Of a stretch of DNA of 64,000 nucleotides, positions 1 through 14,500 are shown in pieces (the stretch's first letter is position 1; each line of letters starts with the position of its first letter). The notes beneath the pieces were generated by a model. The model searched no databases, was not told the DNA's origin, and was given only the letters and a program-made list of their open reading frames with translations. Origin of the DNA: Raillietiella orientalis (lineage: Eukaryota); contig JAYWIR010000037.1 in NCBI GenBank assembly GCA_036172245.1, positions 2,108,001 through 2,172,000 of the forward strand. The letters run 5' to 3'. Both the position numbers and the translations under genes were made by a program.

Positions 1-3000
1 GCTTGCAGGACCTAGCCAGTGACCAGCAAAGTTCGCTATCGGAGGATCACTCATCCGGAGTTTGTTCCACGGCATACGCTTCTTTGCATAAACTTTTAGT
101 AAATGAAGTATGTTTTCGGGATTTTGATCGTTGGATGAATAAATACATATGTATTCACAATTCGATATATAGGTATTCAATAATGTACATCTATTATATG
201 CATGAATATATACTAATCTATATAAGGAAGATGCATTTATTATTTATAATCTTTAATATGTGTATTAATGATGCATATCATTGATTACATTTATAAATAC
301 GTGTGTTAAAATAGATTTGTGTATTAATGTATCTATCCACATATAAATTAATATACATAATGAACATATGTATGCATTTTTTTTACGATCTATCGGGATT
401 TTGATCGTCACGGAGATCTGTATGATCTCCGGTGTAGGATTTTTCATTTCTGGGCGGCAAGCGTGGAGACCCAAAAGGATCAGCAGCAAGGAGGGATCTT
501 CATGGATGTTGAGAATTTTTCGGGAACTCCAATTTTAACTGAGTGTCCTTTGTGATGTTGTTATGAACAGGTTTTTCGCACCCCGTGAGCAGCCCTCAAG
601 GGAATGCACAAAAAAGAAACTCCGGGGGCTACTCGTATTTTTTTTTCATCTCTAGCGTAAACCGCAGTAGAAAATTGGAAGTGGGTAAGGGCTGATTTGG
701 CTTCAGGGAAAAAACATCCCGCTCAAGGAATCGCGCATCGTTTTGAAAGGTTTCGAAAATCTGCAAAGATCTTGCTGAATTGAAACTACCACTCTCTCCC
801 ACAGTGAATTCCAAACAGCGGCCCACCTCAAAGACAGCAGAGAAGCGAAGCACCCGTACTGCAACGAACAGAGCTGCGCAGAGAAACTTCCGAGATTATA
901 GCTGAGATTTTCTTTCAAAATTGCATCACAGTATATAAAGAAGCATCAACTGAATGGTTCTGCAGTATCTCTCCTTCTTGGACTAACAAAATGTTCAACC
1001 TTCATGAGCTCAATGGAAGACTCGTTTCCTCTTCCGCAATTGTTCCCTCGAGAAGATTAACAGTCATCTGGAGGATGTACTAGACGGTGCGTAGAGTAGA
1101 GTAGACATCCCTACTGTACCGGATACATGAGACCACCATCAGGTTGCTCATTGTATCCTCATACCGATTCGAATGCAATCCGAATGATTCCGGATGGGCG
1201 GCTACCATGGAAACCTTGAGGATGCACCGTGTCTGGACAGTGGTCTCATCCTCGGAAAGCGCCGCAAAGTTAGTCGTGATGACTGAGCTCTCAGGAGCTC
1301 GCCACTCTTTCACTTTCTGAGCCTTCAGAAGAGGAAGCAAGAGTGGCACCATCCACGAGGTCTCCAGCTTTCTCTCGTCTTCTCTCTCTAGTACACAGTT
1401 GCAGCGATCCAGCCGACCTTCACGCGATCCACTTCCACTCCAGCTCGAGGCAATGCACGGCAACCATCTGGAGCTTTGACATCGGTAGTTCCTCTGAACC
1501 ACCGCCATCCTCTGCTACCGAAGGAGCTGCGCAGCTTCCGAAAGGAAGGAGCATGAATCCGAATGATCCCATCGTTCTGAGAGTCGTATCACGATTTCTT
1601 TCTTTTTTTTTTTTTTTTTAATTTTATCTGCTTTAATAGAATTGAGTACGATACGGCTGAACAATTCAAAACAAAAAGGGCTTGCCGCACTCGAACGCCG
1701 CACATTTTCTTGAATGGATTCGCATTTACGGAGCAGGAAGCAACAAACATGATCGTGAGAAACCCACAAACATTTTGAGCAGCTCTGATGCATCACGTGC
1801 CAAATCTTCCTACATATATGATGTGAATCATATGTAGAAATCCATCAAGTAACCAGTTAAGCTTAATTTCACGATTATCACGATTTCTCGAAACGATAAA
1901 TACAGCAAGGCGGTCCCCTGATACTTCCTGTCTTCTTTCATCCTTGTGTGGCTGATTTCCTCTTTCTTGTTATCAAGCGGACAGAAGACTTCGAGGATAA
2001 CTGTCCTATTTCCTTTCTGCAACACCAGATCCTGTCTTCAAGCTAGGAGTCTCTCCCAGGCACAGTGTTGTTCGTCGGCAGCAACTTTCATTCTGCGGTA
2101 TCCTTCGCTGCCACCGGTAGCCTTCCGGCCATGACATCATGCTTGGCTGTGTGCAGGAGAGAATGGCCTTATGCATGGTTCAAAATGTGAGTCAGAGACT
2201 CATCCCAAACTGCCCAGCATCGGCGTTGATTTTTCGCCTTGGCACGTCCCGAATCGGAAGCAGGGTGGATCTTGCGGCAAGGACGAACCGGAAACCGGCG
2301 AAGATGCTCTCCAGTCGGTCTCTCAGACTAGGGAACGAGTGAAGCGCATATCCGATCTCTGGTCGCTAGCACATTAGCGAGCATGATTCTTCTACGCTCA
2401 AAGCACGATTGATTCACACGTGGCAGTTAAAAAACTTTCCTTGAAAACCAGTGAAACGTGGTGAAGTCATATCTTCGATTCCTGAAAAAAGGGACAGGGA
2501 ATTGTCAATACAGGAGACCTGTGATCATCCAGACAAATTCAGATAGACAGCTAAGATCGAAAGATCTGTGTCATGTCACTGCGGAGCTATGAAGAGCTTT
2601 CCTTTGTTTCTTTTCCTGTGCGCGTTCCTTAGAAAGCTTACTGTTCACTGTGCCCTTTCTTCGTGAAATAAATCGGAAGGCCACCTCCTGTCTCATTTTC
2701 CGAAATCACAAAGTATTGGGGTGATAACGATCTTTTGGGAATGATGGCAGGTGATTCTAAGTAGCAGCGAAATTAGCTTCCTTCATGTGTGACTCCACAT
2801 ACAGTGGAGTCGCATATCACTTGGAGAAGCATCCCTAAAGGAAGTCCCTGAAAGTGCGTATGTGGATATGGATATGCGGCAACCTGTCGTCCTCCGTTTC
2901 ACACCGCCTGCAGAAGCGATGTTGCTTTCTTCTCCTCACTTTCTCACTGTATCCGAGGAAGACTGAAACGAGCAGCGTGTATAAAACGAAACCCGGAGGA

Positions 3001-5779
3001 GAAAAAGTGGTCTCCGTTCTCCAAAGATGGCTCCCCTACGGGCTGCGAAAAGAACGAGTTTCTTTTCGTAACGGAAATAAAATGATGCATGTGATCGAAT
3101 CTGTGGCAGCTCGTGGTTTCCATCGAGGTTCCCTCGCATCCAGAGGTAAAAGACATTAACGTACTTTGGTTCTTAGGTGCTCGCGAGATAATGAGTGCGG
3201 CGGTCCTCGTTTGAAGCTCCGTTTCACCCACATTTCGTTCCTGTTCGATTTGTTCAATCACTCGAGAGCAGTATGCCTGCAGCTCGTTCATGAAAGGTTA
3301 GTGGAACCACGAAGCAATGAAAACTGCGTCTTCTTTAAGTGAGCGCGCGTACACTGGTCATGCCCAAGAGGAAAACATTTAAATTTTATCGAGCACAAGC
3401 AGCACAACCATTAGATGAAAAGCAACGTGGAATGCTTATTGTATAAAGAACATATTATTGTATCAGATCCTTCCTTATTCCTTCTCGCATGCAAATGCAT
3501 ATCTGTACAATTAAGTAGGTGTATCATTCAAACAGCATAATGTCTGTTGTCAGCGATGGCGCGTTGTTTCCTTTCTGGACAGAAAAGATCTTCTGGCTAG
3601 AAGAACATGGAAGAGCAGCGACTACTGTCATTTTGGTTTTCATGATCCACATTCATTATTGTACAGTATACGTGTTTTCCCGCATTGCATTTCGTACACA
3701 CATTGCGAATTCAGTGTTTGCGTGAGAGATTTTGACACAGCTTTTGGTTCGGTTGCATTCAAGAGCTCTTCGATGAGACTGCAGAAATTCACTGTCAGCT
3801 AACACAGCAGAAAGAAATGCAAAGAACAAAAATACACAAAAATGAAATGAAGGGTACCGGAGATATGGGTAAGCAACGGAGGAAGACAGGCTGCTGCATC
3901 ACGAGGTTTCCTGTGCAATTTGAAGGAGTCACGCATATAGGATTGAGTCAACCTAAAGACGAAAATCTGGAATCTCGAGTTTTACTATTCCTTCTTTTTT
4001 GGTGCGCTAAGATGCTCAAGAACTGTTCGCCTCCTCAGGGACTGCCAACGCCACCAGAGAGTGCGCGTAAACCAGTTAGGGGGGAAACACCGTCCATTCC
4101 TAGCCTCGACTTCTGTACGACTAGGACCCCGCATGGGTCGCACAAGAAAAAGCAAGAAGTTTCTTGCGTTTTCTTCTTTTCTTTCTTTGAAAGAACAAAG
4201 GTTTCTGGAATCGCATGCATTGGTGTCTCTCCATGGTCGAGGAACAGGTCGACATACTGAAACTTCCTATCTGAGAGATCGAAGAACAAATCACAGGAGA
4301 TATAGCAGCCTTTTGTTGGGAAAGCACTGAATCGCTCAGAAAATACAAGTTAGAAGCAAAAACACTCGTAGAGTGTTTCTTTGGCCGAGGAAGATCAAAG
4401 CGGAGATGGGAGCTCGCAGCTGAGGATGCGATCCTGAAGACTTATCAGAGACTTTCACATCCCTTATTCTTTGAAGACCAGGGTCTCCCACAAAGTTTGA
4501 CAAGTACGATTCCACACATGGGGCATGTGAGCAAATATGAGTAAAACTGTCTTCAGAAAACTGAAGAAAGTCGATGTGCAGCCACAGGGGAGCGATACCC
4601 TCCCTCGTCGTCTAGAATTGCTGGTTCCACTCATATGAGAGGATAGTGATGTCTGATACTTGTCAATAGCTGTTGACACGGCTGCGCCAAGCTTCAACTG
4701 AGCTTCTGTAGAATCCATTACAGTAAGTGACCAGTCCCATGCACGCTTTAAATGATACTCTAGATGCATCTGCAAGTTTTCCATACCCAATTAATGGTAA
4801 GAATGCGTGGTAGATTACGTGCTAGAAGTAGTTTGTAGTTTGTAGTGTAGAGAGTAGTTTGTAGCACAACCATCAGATCAGCAATATGCTGAGCTACGTT
4901 GCCAAAGGCGCATGTAAAACAGCTAGCAGTTGTTGCCATGGTAACTGGCTCATGATGATGATGAGGTTCTGCGACTAATCCTGTAGCTGTTCTTCTTAAT
5001 GACCCATTATCAAGATATACTAAATTACTATTTCCTGAAGTTTCCATACTCTCGTCAAAGACCTGACCGTCCATCTCTAGTTTTTGGGTTTTCTCACAAA
5101 AAGGATTTCACAATAACTGGAAGAAGAAAAAAAAAAAAGCACAATTAGAGAGTATGCATAAGTGGATCATTCCGAAGACATTGAAAAATCATTTATTTAT
5201 GATTCCTGGTCTTTTCCTTTTTTACGGATTTTTCGTTCCTGTGCTCCATTATGAACGTGGAAAACTTATCGGACTTGGAAGGACCAGACAAGAGCCCAAG
5301 AAAGGAAAAATCGTTCGAAGTTTGGAGGAACATACAAATCTTCTCTTTATAAAATGTGGTATGAATATACAAATCAACACCCACACACGTAAACAGGGCG
5401 TGCACCACGAAGTTGAGGATTCAGGACTGTTTAACAAGCTCGTGAGAACCATCTCGCGTGATGAGCTTCCGTGTGTCATGAAGACCGCTAAGAAATATCA
5501 TTATTACAATGTTGAAGGGAAACAGTTGAGCAATAATGATGATTATTGTCAACTTGATTGGGTATGATAGCAATCGCCTTTCTAGCATGTTTTTTGGTGC
5601 TGAAATTATAATGGACTGAGTGATAGCGGAGGCTGGAAATATCGAGCAGAGGCATTTCTGATCGTAGCTGCCGCTATCATGTTCCAGATTGTTTCTGCTC
5701 TGGATATCTGAAACCACCTTCGTTCATCGGACTTGTTCGTCCTTTTCTGGAGTTCGATTTGAGTTTCGATTACTGCTGG

Positions 5780-6480
5780 TCTTCTTGGGGTGTCCAAGGT
5801 TCACATCTAGCAGATGGCGCATTCTGGATTGAGAAGCATTTAGTGGGGGAAAGTCATGTCCTGAGGGGAACTGAGCACGGCTTCAGACACTTCTTTGGAT
5901 GAGTGGAGATACCAGCTCCTATCCTCCAGCTTCCGTTTTACATACACGCTGCACTCGTCCCAATCCTCCCCAGATACATGGTACAATAAGAAAATGAGGA
6001 GCAGAAAGCAAGATCGCTTCTGCAGATGGTGTGAAAAGAAGGATGATCAGTGTTTGCGGTATCCTTCCGCATACACTGATCCATCACTCTCTTCATTCCA
6101 TCTAACGCCACCATGGAGTTGAACAGATTGAAGGAACAGCCGGAGGACAATGGAACTGGTTTTCCCCCGATTCCTGACTTGCATTCTCACCTTTGTCCTG
6201 ATTTGATGATTCAGAAGGACAAGCGGGAGGTCATTCTGGATGTCATCTGCCCTTATGAAAATACGGAGGCGGTGCTCGGTCTTCGACGAGGAAGAGTCTG
6301 GATATCAAGGATTAGCTCTCCTTTTGTTCTCCCCCGGACTATAGGCCTCTATGAAAGCTATTGCGGTGGGGTCTTGGCGGTCATGGAGCCCAAAAATGAT
6401 AATGTGCTCCAATTTTTAAAGTCCCCACGCCATTTGTGCATAGAATGTGAAGATCGATGGCTCATACTAACATGCAATAA
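5780..6480 (+). mobile_element. Degenerate non-LTR retrotransposon 3' end with restriction-like endonuclease (NeSL/Utopia/R2-group-like)
   Basis: Motifs in order across shifted frames: GKVMS (~5847), IHAALVPILP (cf. FIHRARLNLLP), CRWC zinc-knuckle start, RHHGV (cf. RHNAI), PDLMIQKDKREVILDVICPYEN (PD..D REL motif), then AATAAA near 6475. Stops and frameshifts present; boundaries approximate. Confidence 0.7.
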
Positions 6481-7264
6481 AGGAGGGACATCTGCGATCG
6501 GTTCGGTCGTTCTCCAGATAGGCAACCGGGATAAGTTCCCGAAATTCGACACCTCAACTGATGGAAGCTGTACCGTCTGGATACAAAGGCCGATGATGGA
6601 AGAGACAGCACCTCGAGTCAGCCAATGCGAGGCGCCACCTCTCCTCCAAACAGTGAACCGTGACGCTGCATCGACCTGATTGAAAAGATGGTGAGGCTCT
6701 CCCTCGAATTGCGTATCCACCTTCTTCCATGAGTTTCCGCCGGGATCTCCTTCAGCGTTCAAAAAGACCCGCATCGCTATGATGCCTGTTGCTCTTCCTA
6801 GCAGTGATCCGCTGAAGCTCATCTACTGCCTGTGCACACGGCAAAAAAAGAAAACACGCAAGATGCTGGTCCTTTCATACACTGCAAGTGGCTCCATTCA
6901 TGTTTAAAACGTGCTGCACTTTGCCTGTCCATCTTCTCAGGTAAGAACATTACTTGATATGTTCACTTGGCGATTCACCCTCGCCCTTAAGAAAACTCTA
7001 TAAGGGAGGAGTCCTGCTCGCACCCACCAGAATCCATGTAGAATCAAGCAAATGTAAGCTCGTCAACCTGATCGGGAATCTTTATGCTTCGATCTGTCCA
7101 GACTCTCACCTGAGGTGCACAAATAGTATGCAAAATGCTTATCACTAAGGAAGAAGAACGTTAGTGATGATGAAAGGTTCCAGTTGCATGTTCCGTTTAT
7201 CGTCCATTTTTGTTTATCCTCATTAAGCTTGGAAGATTCTTAGATTGTCGTCCGGTTGCTCCGG

Positions 7265-8550
7265 GGTGTTTATTTGAAACAATAAACATACAAGAAAGAA
7301 AATAAAAGAAGCAATGGGGGGAACATTTCGGGTCCCTGCCACGCTGAAATGTATTTGGAACCCGTCCGTCGAGATGCCGGCATGCAGACCGGCGACGTCC
7401 GCCTTGGCAACAGAGGAAAGAGAGACAAGCAAAATAAAAATAATTAAATAAGTTCAAAAACCTTTAGGTGGGGGCTCGGAAAGGGATCACTGTCTGTTGT
7501 CCGGCGCCTCCTGCATCCTTTCAAGCATGCCGGCAAGTTCCTCCTGCGTGGCTCCCAGGTGGGGCCTCTTGTTGTTCTCGTCAGGAAGCAGATCGAAGAG
7601 GATGGCGTCCCTATCGTTCCGGCCTTTTACGACGGCGATCCGGGCCGCCACGTTCCCGAGAAGGCAGCAAACGGCTGCTAACGATGCGTCTAGCGGTGAC
7701 ATCACGCACGATCCGGAGGGCCGTGGTGCAAGACGACCCCAAATGGGTCAGAGGATAACTCAGTCCACAAGCGGGTTCGAAAACGACTCTCGTTCTGCTC
7801 ACCTACAGCAGCTCAGGATTACACTTCTCATGTTGCAGTGATGCGGGCAAGCGTTGCTTAAAAGACCCCAGTGCAACGTCAGCAACGCCGACCCCTGCTA
7901 CTTGAGGGGAAGGATGCTACTGCCCAAGAACACCACGGTCATCACCAGATTCATTCACCACGGTCATCACGGTCATTCTGGTGGGATTTTTCAGGAACTG
8001 GATCCAGAGAATTAGTTTCTTTGGTGGGTCTGTTGGAGCCGCAGCGTATGTGAGCTGGCCCCTGGTCTAGCCACCAGGGAGATTCTGAGATGGCAATAAG
8101 TTGCGAATTCGGAGACTGGAATGATTCTCCCCATCTCTCCGAAACGCCTACTCAGGAAGAGTATTTCCAGATTATCCAGAACGAGTATCGCGTTCAAGCC
8201 AAGAGATTGTTTCTCCAAGCAGTGGTGATCAAGGCGTTGAGGGATAAATAAGAGAACTCTTGAAATCTGCTTCGGAACCTTCGAGAACAAATAGGAAGGA
8301 AAATCGTAAATCGAGAATGAGGAGAAATCTCGGAGATGAAAAGAACTTAATGACACGCTGAACATTGCGGAGGCTGGAGCCCGGTGCAGGAGAGATGCGA
8401 GAGATGAACACGAGATGGTGCAGAAGTGTCAACGATTTCTTTGGAGCTGAGACGGTTTTTAAAGAAACGAGAATACACGCACACTGAAGTGCAAATAGGT
8501 CGAAGAAGTAAGGATGTAGGAAATAAGGATTCCTCGTCTTCAAAAGGGTC
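7265..8550 (-). mobile_element. Second degenerate NeSL/Utopia-like REL retroelement (RT thumb to REL to 3' UTR)
   Basis: Minus-strand fragments ISPAPG..VIKFFSSPRF (cf. LAPWQK..FLFPRL), KQISRVLLFIPQRLDHH..LGL (cf. LYLPQRA..GLG) and IAVVKGRNDRDAILFDLLPDENNK (cf. PDIV..ILDVTCPFEN). Minus-strand AATAAA at ~7269-7274. GC-richer than flanks. Confidence 0.6.
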
Positions 8551-11500
8551 TGATTTCCTTATTATTTAGGTTGGGAGAAGTTACGGAACCGAAGGAGGAG
8601 GTTAACTGCTTCTTTAAAAAAGGAACGAACACTTCAGACGAACGACCACAGAGCAACTGTGTTTTTCCAAGCAGTTATCAGGACACCGAGACAACAGATG
8701 GATGTTGTTGGTGTGGGAAACGAATCTGTTGTTACCCAGGAACTCCGGATATTGGGCTACGGGCATAGGGAGCATATGCTAAGTGAGATGACCCACGCAT
8801 TAGCTACCTTCTCATACAGTTCCCGTTGCACGCGGCAAGTCGATTTTGCCGATTTCTGAGCTGAACCTCTTCCGATTGTTCCAGCTGGGCACCAGATTAC
8901 GAGGTTCTCCAATAACGCGTCAATGCTTCGTTATCAGTCGGTGAAAGCATCTCGTACCTGTCGAGGGTGCTAAGCTTTCCTTACAAGCAGAGCCATCTGT
9001 TAACAGCCAGCAAAAGCACTCTCACTGCTACCAGCATCACCTAAAAGTAGCCAGTTAGCTCAGGCTAGCTATGTTCTCCAGTCTGGTGATGCTGCCGTGT
9101 GTTTACTCTGTTTGCCCGAAAGAAAACTGGTTATGACCGCGTCGCGCGAGGTCATTAATTATTCCTCCTTACCACTATTACGATGAAAAGCATCCCGCTA
9201 GGTATCAAGTTCGAAATCCATCATGCGGTATTCCTATGTGTTGTCATCACGCGAACTCATCGCATGGGAACTCATGACTTTATTTTTGCACACGAGAATG
9301 CTGCATGCAAGAGGCGAAGACACATGTTTCCCCCCTCCAGAGCGTGAGCACACTCACGAGCCGTGTCAATTGCTTGCTCGTTCAAATTCCTTTGTGGATT
9401 TGTGCTAGGCAAAGCACGCAAATGGAATCTTCAGCGGGTCACCAATTGGCCTTTGTCTCTCGGTGGAGAAAATTCGCTTCATCATTTCTGCTCGTTCTTT
9501 TTTCCTCCCTTTTTTGTTCTCTCCCTGTTCTAATTTTTTCTCAATTAGGCCAAGAGTTTCACATCAGTGAGTCTCAGGCCATTAGCTGCACCTTCTTGGC
9601 ACATCCTCTTGAGCTTGTATTCGAATCATAGCTAACAAGCAGCTGCTAGGTGGAACTTGTTTAGACTCATTCGACTTGCTACGCCCTCTAGCCAGGGTTT
9701 CGACCTCCGGCCGAAAACCAAAGGAGAAACAAACAGGAACTACTGGACTATTTACAGGGCAGAAGTCTTACACTTGGACTCGAAAGACTTGAAACGTTCC
9801 TTCTGAGGCGGCATATGTTTCGTGTTCTTGCTTCGCCTCGACTGACTCATTTCCATTTGCATTCAGTTCCGGATCTCCTGAATTGTCTGGAGACACCTGG
9901 AAGACAACACGCTTTACCAAATATTTCTGAGCATTAATGCCAGATTCAGCCAACAGCCTGCTTATGTTTCCCTACTTTCTGAGCTCATCCCTGAGCTGTC
10001 CCCCCTAACTTGGGATCCAAACTGGTGAAGTTTCTAAGATTCCTTAGTCTTTTTATAAATTCATTGCTTGACTTTTGCATAGTCCGGCTATTCGAGCCAT
10101 TCGATGGCTTGCTGAACGACTATTAGCACAGCAAATCAGTCCACCATAGACACAGACTGTGGTCCTTTTCCTACCTCCATTATAAGCTCCTGATCTCGTT
10201 CGAATAGAATAGTCACCATCCTTGTCTGTTTTCGTCCCTCTTTCCTCTTTCAGGCTCCAAGACTGGAATGTAATGTTCGTCTGGCAGTCAGAACTTCATC
10301 TTAAAGGAGAATTCAAATAAGATTTCTTGGGGAAACACTCGAAAAAGTAAAATGGAGGAAAAAGAACGGAATCGCTTCAAAACATCATCAGAGACGCTAC
10401 ATTCCACACTCTTTTATCAATCCTTTTATAACTCGAAGTATTGATGTCAGCAGTTTATGGCACTCTACAAGGGAATATTTCCTCTTGACTCTTAAATATG
10501 TATGTATGTATGCATTCGTGTATTATATACGTATGTATATATGTATATAGTCAAATGCATGTTTTTTTTTTTTTTCCTCTTCTAAGCTGTAGGCGTCCTG
10601 CTATTCTTTAAGACCTTAATCCCCCTTGATAGCGTATTAGTTATGACTGAGGATTTTGCTTCGATAGACCCTTCTTTTCTTCCATTTTGGATTTCGCTAT
10701 TGAGAAATAGGTCTATCCGGCTGCTTTTTGCCGTCTGCGGGAGGCTCTTTTGTCAGTTAGAGTTTCTCGGCTGTTGATTCAGAGAAAGCTTTTCTTTTTC
10801 ACCAGCAAGCACACTGTCATGCAACACCCACAGTTCCACTGAAGAATTTCGTTTAATCTTCAGAACGAATCTCACACCAACAGGATGAGCATCACACTCG
10901 GCATGACCGCACATCGGCTCAAGACTTCCGTCGTTTCTCCCGCGTTCAGCTCCTCCGGGCTGTACTCAACGCAAGGTCAAGTATGCAGCATTCATGCCTT
11001 CATCTCCTGAGACAGGTGCAGTGGAACGCATGAATCTCGGCCATTTCAACGCGGTGCTGCACAGACTGTCTCCTCGGACGTTTCGTTTGGAATGTTTGTC
11101 CACCCTCTCCGCTGACTATGAACTCCCGGCGGAGATGAACTGAGTGGGTTCAAATAAAGCCACGTGGTCTCATCGGGTATTCTCCGTTACTGCATTTCTC
11201 CATAGGAACTGACATTTTCATTCAAATCCGCCTACCGAATTTCCATGCATGCAAAGTTCCGACAGTCTGCCTAATAAGCCGTACGTAGGGGAAATATTCT
11301 TCGGAAAATTAATGGAGTCATTGAGAATTTCGCTCAGATGAAGTGGGATGTTGCTTCCTGCTGATGTCGAAGACTTTCTAAGAACAGTATTGATAGAAAT
11401 GTATGTAGAAATAAATTTTTTCTTGAACCATGCAATAAGTACAAATGAATGTGTAAAAATGAATGAACTCCTTGGGGAGAAATGCTCCTCTCCAACATAT

Positions 11501-14500
11501 AAAAAATTGGTATGTATTTGGTAATAAAAAAAGCACCTCGGATAGGAAACGAACGGAAATGTTATGCCCCCACGGAATTCTCATGCTGTAAATCGAACGC
11601 TGGTAGCAAGGTGCACTCTCATCAGGACACCCCGAATGATGAATGGGAGGGGCACAATCGTGGTGTTTGTCGTAATCTTGCACTTTCATAATGAGTATCG
11701 AGCACAAAACACGAATCCCAGTCAAATGCTTTTAGTGACCAAACGCTGCATTCAAATCTCGAGCAAGGTCATCTGATTGAAAATTAGAGCTTTCGGGATC
11801 AATTTCTTTTCAATTACAATTCTTATAAACCATGAATCAATCCATCAATACTGACTTGATAATTACTGACACATCATCATGCAGGCACTCCTATTGCTTT
11901 ACCGAATGAATCGGAAACGAAATCCTTGAAATGCCTTAGACTGAACTGATGCGTGCTGATGACAATTTTTTTCCGATTTCTAATTTCTTTCCTAAAGGAC
12001 TTGAAACCAGAGGATAGCAGGACTTTTTTCCTTGTAAAAAGCTGGAAATTAGGCGATCTACATACTGACAGTTTTTCGTTCTTATATAGCAATAATGGTA
12101 CATCGGGAATCTGTTTTACAGTCATCAATGTAAAAATACTATGGAATTCAGTGTCATCACCTTTCAGTTTGCTTCTCCTTGAGAAGTGTGATACTGTTCT
12201 CTATAAAAACTCCGAAAAGCAAAAGTTCCAGATTTTTTCATTTGTTATTACCTTCAAAAGATATCAATTTATGGGAAAAATTGAGACAAGCTGTGTCTTC
12301 TTGCTACAAATTATGTTCACTTCCAGAATGTGTAGTTTAAACAAATGAAGCTGATTTCAGAATTTAGTCGTGGAAATTTCTAATAATCTACTTCAATCTG
12401 AAATCCGTTGAGAATTCAATAGAAACTTCAAAGACATCCACTTTCCATTCCGCATCCACTTTCGAGCCAAAGACGAAATCTATACCTATCGTAACCAGAA
12501 GTAATGCTTCTCTTTTCGACATCTCATGCCTTCTGCATTAGCTGTCGTCGTTAAAAGAATGCGTCATTCTTTCGGCTGCTGTAACAACATACATTAGTCA
12601 ACATTAAATGAAGAGAATTGCTTCTTCCATATAATGCAAAAGTATCGACGAAAGAATTAGATTCAGGAAATTTTTTGAAATTACTGATTACTATTTCTAT
12701 TACTAACATACAGTTCCTTGTTCATGCTTAGCACATATTGAACTCAAGGCATTCGAATCAGACTCCTGCAATTCTCGTGGCGGTTGTGATCACCGGAAAA
12801 AAAACAGAACTTTTATAAGGCTTAGAAGTTATAAATTATTGTTTATTATTAAATCATAGCATTATTATAATAATAAATCTTGGCATGAAGTTTGCTATCA
12901 AAATGATGAATCTCTATAGCTATTGAATATGGGCATATTTTTCAAGGAAAAAAAAAAAAAAAGTGCACATAGAATTATTTGTATTATAATGACTGTAATT
13001 AATCAGTTGCTTTCCTTTTGCTTTCTCTTTTTCTCCTTCTAATCCTGAAACTTCCAGATCCCTTCCTGAGACATTGGGCTTCATTCTTATGACTCCGATT
13101 TCTGAGTTTGTAATTACTAGGTACTTGATTTTTTTCTCTTACATCTTCTTTGATAGTCCTCAAAGAACCAGCCTGATTTACAAAGGAGGTTTGATAACAT
13201 ACTGTTATCGAATCTCCTTTCTGCTCCTACCAGACTTTTTAACTGAATTCCTTTTCTCTTTGACTCTTTGATTTTATCTGACTTATTCAAATAATTAGAC
13301 TTGGATTTTTTATACTTCGTAGATATGAGAGAATAATCTTCTATTTTTAATTCCCTTTAAATTTCTAAATCTTCACTTTAGCATTTTCATGAAAATTATT
13401 TGTATACATTATTCTTCCGAATCCTTTTCTTCTGTGTTTTCATTCATGTTCATCATATGGTTGAATTTGCACGCTCTTTTGCGAATGAGATGCTTAGTAA
13501 AATATTCAGTTTAACAAACAATGATTGAATAAATGGGGCATGTGGATTTTTACTCTCTTTCCTATAATTCTTTCGATATGTTGAGGAAGAGGTCATTCAT
13601 AAAAAACCTACAGAATTGATTAAATGGCCTGGCAACTCAAATTCCGTATAAAATATATTGATTTTGGTTGGTAACATAAATCATATAAATATTAAAATAA
13701 ATAAGTAGCTGCAATTCCTAGGTTTCATAGAGATTTGATGAGAATAAATGAAGTTTCATAAAAAATGAAAACAGGCAATAGACACGAAATTAAAAAGTAT
13801 TACTTATTTTCTCGAATGTGAAATCAACCTTTTCTGTTAATTCAAATTCATTTTACTTATTGACATCTTCTTACAACATTCTTTGAGAGCAAATCTTGTG
13901 TTTTTAAGGTCGTCGATGCTGAGAGAGTTTAATTTAACATTTCTCCATTGGACCTGGAAATACATTTTTAATCTAGCATGAGAACATATCTTGAGAAGTA
14001 TTCAACAATGCGGGACTGGCCTTAGAAAAATCTTAGAAAATCACCACAAAGATGGTAAATTTGTTAACTAAAAAGATATTCATTTGACATGTAGTGTGGT
14101 ACTATTGAGGAGCGAACACGGATTTTGTGAATTTGGAAACAGTGGACAATCTTTCTACTTTCAGATAAAGCTTTTTAACATGGATTTTACTTTTTACTAG
14201 ATGTTTGAAAAAGCAGAAGACTATATACAGTTTTTCAAGATTCGATTTCAGATATATTACAATTTGAGAAGACAACTTACAGAATGAACTCTTCTTCCAC
14301 AAGTAATGTCGTTTAAACTCTTTCAACAGCTTATAGAATCGTGCACAGATGATGAATATGTATAATTTTATATATTATATGCACTGTTTAACAAATTTCC
14401 TTAAGTCAAAGTAATCAATAGTGCTTAATTGTGGGCTTGGGTTCTCCAATTTCTCTCAGAAATGAGTCCTAGGTTATTTAGGATTGGATATCATCTAAAT

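Noticed and set aside
3..489. ORFs at the window start
   Set aside because: They derive from low-complexity AT/ATGT-rich sequence.
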